From: Utricularia gibba
Lineage: Eukaryota > Plantae > Magnoliophyta
DNA: 24,843 nt
NCBI GenBank assembly: GCA_002189035.1
Contig: NEEC01000433.1
Span: 1-24,843, forward strand
Direction of reading: 5' to 3'
Shown here: piece after piece, positions 10,033 to 21,972 of the stretch
How positions within the stretch are numbered: the stretch's first letter is position 1
Layout: each line of letters opens with the position of its first letter
The notes under the pieces: generated by a model
What the model saw: the letters and a program-made list of their open reading frames with translations, nothing else
Told to the model about the DNA's origin: nothing
The model's database searches: none
Translations under genes and position numbers: made by a program

Positions 10033-13000
10033 ATGCAAATCGATTAAAAAAAATGATGCATTTGTTTAAATTGCGATATCATGTGCACCCCACATGATTT
10101 TTTCAACAACTTACTTTATACTTGAGGAGGCGGTCTTGGGGTGCACTGGAACGGGACAAAGGTAAGGTTTGGCTTGCGCCGAGAGTTAGTTGTAGCCCGA
10201 CAAATAAAGTGATGTATTTATTATCGTTCGGTTTTCGGGGGCTGCCTACATGGTTTTTCAAGGAACCGGTCGTATGGCCCGGATGCAAATCGATTAAAAA
10301 AATGATGCATTTGTTTAAATTGCGATATCACGTGCACCCCACATGATTTTTTTTCAACAACTTACTTTATACTTGGGGAGGCGGTCTTGGGTGCACCTGA
10401 ACGGGACAAAGGTAAGGTTTGGCTTGCGCCGAGAGTTAGTTGTAGCCCACAAATAAAGTGATGTATTTATCGTTCGGTTTTTCGGGGCTGCCTACATGGT
10501 TTTTCAAGGAACCGCTTCTCGTTTTGTGGCGGGTCTCGCTGGGAATTGGTCCTTTACCCCGATTCTGTATGGCTCATGAGGTCAACCGATGCAAATCGAT
10601 TAAAAAAAATGATGCATTTGTTTAAATTGCGATATCATGTGCACCCACATGATTTTTTCAACAACTTACTTTATACTTGAGGAGGCGGTCTTGGGTGCAG
10701 CTGGAACGGGACAAAGGTAAGGTTTGGCTTGCGCCGAGAGTTAGTTGTAGCCCGGCAAATAAAGTGATGTATTTTTATCGTTCGGTTTTCGGGGGCTGCC
10801 TACATGGTTTTTCAAGGAACCGCTTCTCGTTTGTGGCGGCCAGTCTCGCTGGGAACTTGGTCCTTGACCATTCTGTATGGCTCATGAGGTCAACCGGATG
10901 CAAATCGATTAAAAAAAATGATGCATTTGTTTAAATTGCGATATCATGCACCCACATGATTTTTTTCAACAACTTACTTTATACTTGGGAGGCGGTCTTG
11001 GGGTGCACTTGAACGGGACAAAGGTAAGGTTTGGCTTGCGCCGAGAGTTAGTTGTAGCCCCACAATAAAGTGATGTATTTATATCGTTCGGTTTTCGGGG
11101 GCTGCTACATGGTTTTTCAAGGAACCGCTTCTCGTTTTGTGGCGGCCAGTCTCGCTGGGAAATTGGTCCTTGACCCCGATTCTGTATGGCTCATGAGGTC
11201 AACCGATGCAAATCGATTAAAAAAATGATGCATTTGTTTAAATTGCGATATCACGTGCACCCCACATGATTTTTTCAACAACTTACTTTATACTTGAGGA
11301 GGCGGTCTTGGGTGCACCTGAACGGGACAAAGGTAAGGTTTGGCTTGCGCCGAGAGTTAGTTGTAGCCCGAAATAAAGTGATGTATTTATTATCGTTCGG
11401 TTTTCGGGGCTGCCTACATGGTTTTTCAAGGAACCGCTTCTCGTTTTGTGGCGGCCAGTCTCGCTGGGAACTTGGTCCTTGACCCCGATTCTGTATGGCT
11501 CATGAGGTCAACCGGATGCAAATCGATTAAAAAAAATGATGCATTTGTTTAAATTGCGATATCATGTGCACCCCACATGATTTTTCAACAACTTACTTTA
11601 TACTTGAGGAGGCGGTCTTGGGGTGCAGCTGGAACGGGACAAAGGTAAGGTTTGGCTTGCGCCGAGAGTTAGTTGTAGCCGACAAATAAAGTGATGTATT
11701 TATTATCGTTCGGTTTTCGGGGGCTGCCTACATGGTTTTTCAAGGAATTTTATCATGAGGTCAACCGATGCAAATCGATTAAAAAAAATGATGCATTTGT
11801 TTAAATTGCGATATCGTGCACCCCACATGATTTTTTCAACAACTTACTTTATACTTGAGGAGGCGGTCTTGGGCACCTGAACGGACAAAGGTAAGGTTTG
11901 GCTTGCGCCGAGAGTTAGTTGTAGCCCGACAAATAAAGTGATGTATTTATTATCGTTCGGTTTCGGGGGCTGCCTACATGGTTTTTCAAGGAACCGCTTC
12001 TCGTTTTGTGGCGGCCAGTCTCGCTGGGAACTTGGTCCTTGACCCCGATTCTGTATGGCTCATGAGGTCAACCGGATGCAAATCGATTAAAAAAAATGAT
12101 GCATTTGTTTAAATTGCGATATCATGTGCACCCACATGATTTTTTCAACAACTTACTTTATACTTGAGGAGGCGGTCTTGGGGTGCACTGGAACGGGACA
12201 AAGGTAAGGTTTGGCTTGCGCCGAGAGTTAGTTGTAGCCCGACAAATAAAGTGATGTATTTATTATCGTTCGGTTTTCGGGGCTGCCTACATGGTTTTTC
12301 AAGGAACCGCTTCTCGTTTTGTGGCGGCCAGTCTCGCTGGGAACTTGGTCCTTGACCCCGATTCTGTATGGCTCATGAGGTCAACCGGATGCAAATCGAT
12401 TAAAAAAAATGATGCATTTGTTTAAATTGCGATATCACGTGCACCCCACATGATTTTTTCAACAACTTACTTTATACTTGAGGAGGCGGTCTTGGGTGCA
12501 CTTGGAACGGGACAAAGGTAAGGTTTGGCTTGCGCCGAGAGTTAGTTGTAGCCCGGCAAATAAAGTGATGTATTTTATATCGTTCGGTTTTCGGGGGCTG
12601 CCTACATGGTTTTTCAAGGAACCGCTTCTCGTTTTGTGGCGGCCAGTCTCGCTGGGAACTTGGTCCTTGACCCCGATTCTGTATGGCTCATGAGGTCAAC
12701 CGGATGCAAATCGATTAAAAAAATGATGCATTTGTTTAAATTGCGATATCATGTGCACCCCACATGATTTTTTCAACAACTTACTTTATACTTGAGGAGG
12801 CGGTCTTGGGTGCAGCTGGAACGGACAAAGGTAAGGTTTGGCTTGCGCGAGAGTTAGTTGTAGCCCGGCAAATAAAGTGATGTATTTTTTATCGTTCGGT
12901 TTTCGGGGGCTGCCTACATGGTTTTTCAAGGAACCGCTTCTCGTTTTGTGGCGGCCAGTCTCGCTGGGAACTTGGTTGACCCCGATTCTGTATGGCTCAT

Positions 13001-16000
13001 GAGGTCAACCGGATGCAAATCGATTAAAAAAAATGATGCATTTGTTTAAATTGCGATATCACGTGCACCCCACATGATTTTTTTCAACAACTTACTTTAT
13101 ACTTGAGGAGGCGGTCTTGGGGTGCACCTGAACGGGACAAAGGTAAGGTTTGGCTTGCGCCGAGAGTTAGTTGTAGCCCACAAATAAAGTGATAAATTTA
13201 TCGTTCGGTTTTCGGGGGCTGCCTACATGGTTTTTCAAGGAACCGCTTCTCGTTTTGTGGCGGCCAGTCTCGCTGGGAACTTGGTCCTTGACCCCGATTC
13301 TGTATGGCTCATGAGGTCAACCGATGCAAATCGATTAAAAAAAATGATGCATTTGTTTAAATTGCGATATCATGTGCACCCCACATGATTTTTTCAACAA
13401 CTTACTTTATACTTGAGGAGGCGGTCTTGGGTGCACTGGAACGGGACAAAGGTAAGGTTTGGCTTGCGCCAGAGTTAGTTGTAGCCCGACAAATAAAGTG
13501 ATGTATTTATTATCGTTCGGTTTTCGGGGCTGCCTACATGGTTTTTCAAGGAACCGCTTCTCGTTTTGTGGCGCCAGTCTCGCTGGGAACTTGGTCCTTG
13601 ACCCCGATTCTGTATGGCTCATGAGGTCAACCGGATGCAAATCGATTAAAAAAAATGATGCATTTGTTTAAATTGCGATATCACGTGCACCCCACATGAT
13701 TTTTTTTCAACAACTTACTTTATACTTGAGGAGGCGGTCTTGGGGTGCAGCTGGAACGGGACAAAGGTAAGGTTTGGCTTGCGCGAGAGTTAGTTGTAGC
13801 CCCAAATAAAGTGATGTATTTTTTATCGTTCGGTTTTCGGGGGCTGCCTACATGGTTTTTCAAGGAACCGCTTCTCGTTTTGTGGCGGCCAGTCTCGCTG
13901 GGAACTTGGTCCTTGACCCCGATTCTGTATGGCTCATGAGGTCAACCGGATGCAAATCGATTAAAAAAATGATGCATTTGTTTTAAATTGCGATATCACG
14001 TGCACCCCACATGATTTTTTCAACAACTTACTTTATACTTGAGGAGGCGGTCTTGGGTGCAGCTGAACGGGACAAAGGTAAGGTTTGGCTTGCGCGAGAG
14101 TTAGTTGTAGCCCACAAATAAAGTGATGTATTTATTATCGTTCGGTTTTCGGGGCTGCCTACATGGTTTTTCAAGGAACCGCTTCTCGTTTTGTGGCGGC
14201 CAGTCTCGCTGGGAAATTGGTCCTTGACCCCGATTCTGTATGGCTCATGAGGTCAACCGGATGCAAATCGATTAAAAAAAATGATGCATTTGTTTAAATT
14301 GCGATATCATGTGCACCCCACATGATTTTTTCAACAACTTACTTTATACTTGAGGAGGCGGTCTTGGGGTGCAGCTGGAACGGGACAAAGGTAAGGTTTG
14401 GCTTGCGCGAGAGTTAGTTGTAGCCCGGCAAATAAAGTGATGTATTTTTATCGTTCGGTTTTCGGGGGCTGCCTACATGGTTTTTCAAGGAACCGCTTCT
14501 CGTTTTGTGGCGGCCAGTCTCGCTGGGAACTTGGTCCTTGACCCGATTCTGTATGGCTCATGAGGTCAACCGGATGCAAATCGATTAAAAAAAATGATGC
14601 ATTTGTTTAAATTGCGATATCACGTGCACCCCACATGATTTTTTCAACAACTTACTTTATACTTGAGGAGGCGGTCTTGGGGTGCAGCTGGAACGGGACA
14701 AAGGTAAGGTTTGGCTTGCGCGAGAGTTAGTTGTAGCCCGGCAAATAAAGTGATGTATTTTTATCGTTCGGTTTTCGGGGGCTGCCTACATGGTTTTTCA
14801 AGGAACCGCTTCTCGTTTTGTGGCGCCAGTCTCGCTGGGAACTTGGTCCTTGACCCCGATTCTGTATGGCTCATGAGGTCAACCGGATGCAAATCGATTA
14901 AAAAAAATGATGCATTTGTTTAAATTGCGATATCATGTGCACCCACATGATTTTTTCAACAACTTACTTTATACTTGAGGAGGCGGTCTTGGGGTGCACT
15001 GGAACGGGACAAAGGTAAGGTTTGGCTTGCGCGAGAGTTAGTTGTAGCCCGGCAAATAAAGTGATGTATTTTTTATCGTTCGGTTTTCGGGGCTGCCTAC
15101 ATGGTTTTTCAAGGAACCGCTTCTCGTTTTGTGGCGGCCAGTCTCGCTGGGAACTTGGTTTTGACCCCGATTCTGTATGGCTCATGAGGTCAACCGGATG
15201 CAAATCGATTAAAAAAAATGATGCATTTGTTTAAATTGCGATATCACGTGCACCCCACATGATTTTTTTCAACAACTTACTTTATACTTGAGGAGGCGGT
15301 CTTGGGGTGCACCTGAACGGGACAAAGGTAAGGTTTGGCTTGCGCCGAGAGTTAGTTGTAGCCCACAAATAAAGTGATGTATTTATATCGTTCGGTTTTC
15401 GGGGCTGCCTACATGGTTTTTCAAGGAACCGCTTCTCGTTTTGTGGCGGCCAGTCTCGCTGGGAACTTGGTCCTTTACCCCGATTCTGTATGGCTCATGA
15501 GGTCAACCGGATGCAAATCGATTAAAAAAAATGATGCATTTGTTTAAATTGCGATATCACGTGCACCCCACATGATTTTTTCAACAACTTACTTTATACT
15601 TGAGGAGGCGGTCTTGGGTGCACCTGAACGGACAAAGGTAAGGTTTGGCTTGCGCCGAGAGTTAGTTGTAGCCCGACAAATAAGTGATGTATTTATTATC
15701 GTTCGGTTTTCGGGGCTGCCTACATGGTTTTTCAAGGAACCGCTTCTCGTTTTGTGGCGGCCAGTCTCGCTGGGAACTTGGTCCTTGACCCCGATTCTGT
15801 ATGGCTCATGAGGTCAACCGGATGGAAATCGATTAAAAAAAATGATGCATTTGTTTAAATTGCGATATCATGTGCACCCCACATGATTTTTTCAACAACT
15901 TACTTTATACTTGAGGAGGCGGTCTTGGGTGCAGCTGGAACGGGACAAAGGTAAGGTTTGGCTTGCGCCGAGAGTTAGTTGTAGCCCGACAAATAAAGTG

Positions 16001-19000
16001 ATGTATTTATTATCGTTCGGTTTTCGGGGCTGCCTACATGGTTTTTCAAGGAGCTTTTCCGCCCCGGATGCAAATCGATTAAAAAAATGATGCATTTGTT
16101 TAAATTGCGATATCACGTGCACCCCACATGATTTTTTCAACAACTTACTTTATACTTGAGGAGGCGGTCTTGGGTGCACCTGAACGGACAAAGGTAAGGT
16201 TTGGCTTGCGCGAGAGTTAGTTGTAGCCCGAAATAAAGTGATGTATTTATTATCGTTCGGTTTTCGGGGGCTGCCTACATGGTTTTTCAAGGAACCGCTT
16301 CTCGTTTTGTGGCGGCCAGTCTCGCTGGGAACTTGGTCCTTGACCCCGATTCTGTATGGCTCATGAGGTCAACCGGATGCAAATCGATTAAAAAAAATGA
16401 TGCATTTGTTTAAATTGCGATATCATGTGCACCCACATGATTTTTTCAACAACTTACTTTATACTTGAGGAGGCGGTCTTGGGGTGCACTGGAACGGGAC
16501 AAAGGTAAGGTTTGGCTTGCGAGAGTTAGTTGTAGCCCGACAAATAAAGTGATGTATTTATTATCGTTCGGTTTTCGGGGGCTGCCTACATGGTTTTTCA
16601 AGGAACCGCTTCTCGTTTTGTGGCGGCCAGTCTCGCTGGGAAATTGGTCCTTGACCCCGATTCTGTATGGCTCATGAGGTCAACCGGATGCAAATCGATT
16701 AAAAAAAATGATGCATTTGTTTAAATTGCGATATCACGTGCACCCCACATGATTTTTTCAACAACTTACTTTATACTTGAGGAGGCGGTCTTGGGTGCAC
16801 TGAACGGGACAAAGGTAAGGTTTGGCTTGCGCCGAGAGTTAGTTGTAGCCGGCAAATAAAGTGATGTATTTATTATCGTTCGGTTTTCGGGGGCTGCCTA
16901 CATGGTTTTTCAAGGAACCGCTTCTCGTTTTGTGGCGGCCAGTCTCGCTGGGAACTTGGTCCTTGACCCGATTCTGTATGGCTCATGAGGTCAACCGGAT
17001 GCAAATCGATTAAAAAAAATGATGCATTTGTTTAAATTGCGATATCATGTGCACCCCACATGATTTTTTCAACAACTTACTTTATACTTGAGGAGGCGGT
17101 CTTGGGGTGCAGCTGAAACGGGAAAGGTAAGGTTTGGCTTGCGCGAGAGTTAGTTGTAGCCCGGCAAATAAAGTGATGTATTTTTTATCGTTCGGTTTTC
17201 GGGGGCTGCCTACATGGTTTTTCAAGGAACCGCTTCTCGTTTTGTGGCGGCCAGTCTCGCTGGGAACTTGGTCCTTGACCCCGATTCTGTATGGCTCATG
17301 AGGTCAACCGGATGCAAATCGATTAAAAAAAATGATGCATTTGTTTAAATTGCGATATCACGTGCACCCCACATGATTTTTTCAACAACTTACTTTATAC
17401 TTGAGGAGGCGGTCTTGGGGTGCACCTGAACGGGACAAAGGTAAGGTTTGGCTTGCGCGAGAGTTAGTTGTAGCCCGAAAATAAAGTGATGTATTTATTA
17501 TCGTTCGGTTTTCGGGGTGCCTACATGGTTTTTCAAGGAACCGCTTCTCGTTTTGTGGCGGCCAGTCTCGCTGGGAACTTGGTCCTTTACCCCGATTCTG
17601 TATGGCTCATGAGGTCAACCGGATGCAAATCGATTAAAAAAAATGATGCATTTGTTTAAATTGCGATATCATGTGCACCCCACATGATTTTTTCAACAAC
17701 TTACTTTATACTTGAGGAGGCGGTCTTGGGGTGCAGCTGAACGGGACAAAGGTAAGGTTTGGCTTGCGCCGAGTTAGTTGTAGCCCGACAAATAAAGTGA
17801 TGTATTTATTATCGTTCGGTTTTTCGGGGGCTGCCTACATGGTTTTTCAAGGAACCGCTTCTCGTTTTGTGGCGCCAGTCTCGCTGGGAACTTGGTCCTT
17901 GACCCCGATTCTGTATGGCTCATGAGGTCAACCGGATGCAAATCGATTAAAAAAATGATGCATTTGTTTAAATTGCGATATCATGTGCACCCCACATGAT
18001 TTTCAACAACTTACTTTATACTTGAGGAGGCGGTCTTGGGGTGCAGCTGGAACGGGACAAAGGTAAGGTTTGGCTTGCGCGAGAGTTAGTTGTAGCCCGG
18101 CAAATAAAGTGATGTATTTTTATCGTTCGGTTTTCGGGGGCTGCCTACATGGTTTTTCAAGGAACCGCTTCTCGTTTTGTGGCGGCCAGTCTCGCTGGGA
18201 ACTTGGTTTTGACCCCGATTCTGTATGGCTCATGAGGTCAACCGGATGCAAATCGATTAAAAAAAATGATGCATTTGTTTAAATTGCGATATGACGTGCA
18301 CCCCACATGATTTTTTTCAACAACTTACTTTATACTTGGGGAGCGGTCTTGGGGTGCACCTGAACGGACAAAGGTAAGGTTTGGCTTGCGCCGAGAGTTA
18401 GTTGTAGCCCCACAATAAAGTGATAATTTATATCGTTCGGTTTTCGGGGCTGCCTACATGGTTTTTCAAGGAACCGCTTCTCGTTTTGTGGCGGCCAGTC
18501 TCGCTGGGAATTGGTCCTTTACCCCGATTCTGTATGGCTCATGAGGTCAACCGGATGCAAATCGATTAAAAAAAATGATGCATTTGTTTAAATTGCGATA
18601 TCATGTGCACCCCACATGATTTTTTCAACAACTTACTTTATACTTGAGGAGGCGGTCTTGGGGTGCAGCTGGAACGGGACAAAGGTAAGGTTTGGCTTGC
18701 GCGAGAGTTAGTTGTAGCCCGACAAATAAAGTGATGTATTTATTATCGTTCGGTTTTCGGGGCTGCCTACATGGTTTTTCAAGGAACCGCTTCTCGTTTT
18801 GTGGCGGCCAGTCTCGCTGGGAACTTGGTCCTTGACCCCGATTCTGTATGGCTCATGAGGTCAACCGGATGCAAATCGATTAAAAAAAATGATGCATTTG
18901 TTTAAATTGCGATATCACGTGCACCCCACATGATTTTTCAACAACTTACTTTATACTTGAGGAGGCGGTCTTGGGGTGCACTGGAACGGGACAAAGGTAA

Positions 19001-21972
19001 GGTTTGGCTTGCGCGAGAGTTAGTTGTAGCCCGACAAATAAAGTGATGTATTTTTTATCGTTCGGTTTTCGGGGCTGCCTACATGGTTTTTCAAGGAACC
19101 GCTTCTCGTTTTGTGGCGCCAGTCTCGCTGGGAACTTGGTCCTTGACCCCGATTCTGTATGGCTCATGAGGTCAACCGGATGCAAATCGATTAAAAAAAA
19201 TGATGCATTTGTTTAAATTGCGATATCATGTGCACCCCACATGATTTTTTCAACAACTTACTTTATACTTGAGGAGGCGGTCTTGGGGTGCAGCTGGAAC
19301 GGGACAAAGGTAAGGTTTGGCTTGCGCGAGAGTTAGTTGTAGCCCGGCAAATAAAGTGATGTATTTTTTATCGTTCGGTTTTCGGGGCTGCCTACATGGT
19401 TTTTCAAGGAACCGCTTCTCGTTTTGTGGCGGCCAGTCTCGCTGGGAACTTGGTCCTTGACCCCGATTCTGTATGGCTCATGAGGTCAACCGGATGCAAA
19501 TCGATTAAAAAAAATGATGCATTTGTTTAAATTGCGATATCACGTGCACCCCACATGATTTTTTTCAACAACTTACTTTATACTTGAGGAGGCGGTCTTG
19601 GGGTGCACTGAAACGGGACAAAGGTAAGGTTTGGCTTGCGCGAGAGTTAGTTGTAGCCCGACAAATAAAGTGATGTATTTATTATCGTTCGGTTTTCGGG
19701 GCTACCTACATGGTTTTTCAAGGAACCGCTTCTCGTTTTGTGGCGGCCAGTCTCGCTGGGAAATTGGTCCTTTACCCCGATTTGTATGGCTCATGAGGTC
19801 AACCGAATGCAAATCGATTAAAAAAAATGATGCATTTGTTTAAATTGCGATATCATGTGCACCCCACATGATTTTTTCAACAACTTACTTTATACTTGAG
19901 GAGGCGGTCTTGGGGCAGCTGGAACGGGACAAAGGTAAGGTTTGGCTTGCGCGAGAGTTAGTTGTAGCCCGACAAATAAAGTGATGTATTTATTATCGTT
20001 CGGTTTTCGGGGCTGCCTACATGGTTTTTCAAGGAACCGCTTCTCGTTTTGTGGCGGCCAGTCTCGCTGGGAACTTGGTCCTTGACCCGATTCTGTATGG
20101 CTCATGAGGTCAACCGGATGCAAATCGATTAAAAAAAAGATGCATTTGTTTAAATTGCGATATCACGTGCACCCCACATGATTTTTTCAACAACTTACTT
20201 TATACTTGAGGAGGCGGTCTTGGGTGCAGCTGGAACGGGACAAAGGTAAGGTTTGGCTTGCGCGAGAGTTAGTTGTAGCCCGGCAAATAAAGTGATGTAT
20301 TTTATCGTTCGGTTTTCGGGGGCTGCCTACATGGTTTTTCAAGGAACCGCTTCTCGTTTTGTGGCGGCCAGTCTCGCTGGGAACTTGGTCCTTGACCCCG
20401 ATTCTGTATGGCTCATGAGGTCAACCGGATGCAAATCGATTAAAAAAAATGATGCATTTGTTTAAATTGCGATATCACGTGCACCCCACATGATTTTTTT
20501 CAACAACTTACTTATACTTGAGGAGGCGGTCTTGGGGTGCAGCTGAACGGGACAAAGGTAAGGTTTGGCTTGCGCCGAGAGTTAGTTGTAGCCCGACAAA
20601 TAAAGTGATGTATTTATATCGTTCGGTTTTCGGGGCTGCCTACATGGTTTTTCAAGGAACCGCTTCTCGTTTTGTGGCGGCCAGTCTCGCTGGGAACTTG
20701 GTCCTTGACCCCGATTCTGTATGGCTCATGAGGTCAACCGGATGCAAATCGATTAAAAAAATGATGCATTTGTTTAAATTGCGATATCACGTGCACCCCA
20801 CATGATTTTTTCAACAACTTACTTTATACTGAGGAGGCGGTCTTGGGTGCACTGGAACGGGACAAAGGTAAGGTTTGGCTTGCGCCGAGAGTTAGTTGTA
20901 GCCCAAATAAAGTGATGTATTTATTATCGTTCGGTTTTCGGGGGCTGCCTACATGGTTTTTCAAGGAACCGCTTCTCGTTTTGTGGCGCCAGTCTCGCTG
21001 GGAACTTGGTCCTTGACCCCGATTCTGTATGGCTCATGAGGTCAACCGGATGCAAATCGATTAAAAAAATGATGCATTTGTTTAAATTGCGATATCATGT
21101 GCACCCCACATGATTTTTTCAACAACTTACTTTATACTTGAGGAGGCGGTCTTGGGGTGCAGCTGAACGGGACAAAGGTAAGGTTTGGCTTGCGCCGAGA
21201 GTTAGTTGTAGCCCGACAAATAAAGTGATGTATTTATCGTTCGGTTTTCGGGGGCTGCCTACATGGTTTTTCAAGGAACCGCTTCTCGTTTTGTGGCGGC
21301 CAGTCTCGCTGGGAACTTGGTCCTTGACCCCGATTCTGTATGGCTCATGAGGTCAACCGGATGCAAATCGATTAAAAAAAATGATGCATTTGTTTAAATT
21401 GCGATATCACGTGCACCCCACATGATTTTTTCAACAACTTACTTTATACTTGAGGAGGCGGTGGGTGCACTGAACGGGACAAAGGTAAGGTTTGGCTTGC
21501 GCCGAGAGTTAGTTGTAGCCCAAATAAAGTGATGTATTTATTATCGTTCGGTTTTCGGGGGGCTACATGGTTTTTCAAGGAACCGCTTCTCGTTTTGTGG
21601 CGCCAGTCTCGCTGGGAACTTGGTCCTTGACCCCGATTCTGTATGGCTCATGAGGTCAACCGGATGCAAATCGATTAAAAAAATGATGCATTTGTTTAAA
21701 TTGCGATATCACGTGCACCCCACATGATTTTTTCAACAACTTACTTTATACTTGAGGAGGCGGTCTTGGGGTGCACCTGAACGGGACAAAGGTAAGGTTT
21801 GGCTTGCGCGAGAGTTAGTTGTAGCCCCACAAATAAAGTGATAAATTTTATATCGTTCGGTTTTCGGGGCTACCTACATGGTTTTTCAAGGAACCGCTTC
21901 TCGTTTTGTGGCGGCCAGTCTCGCTGGAAATTGGTCCTTACCCCGATTTGTATGGCTCATGAGGTCAACCGA
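10033..21972. repeat. Putative 7-unit (~2.18 kb) higher-order repeat domain within the array
   Basis: The CAC/CAT allele at unit position 50 follows the pattern T-C-T-C-x-x-C in five successive 7-unit blocks (copies 34-68). Linked haplotypes recur at copies 36/43/50/57/64 and at 65/72. Confidence 0.62.
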
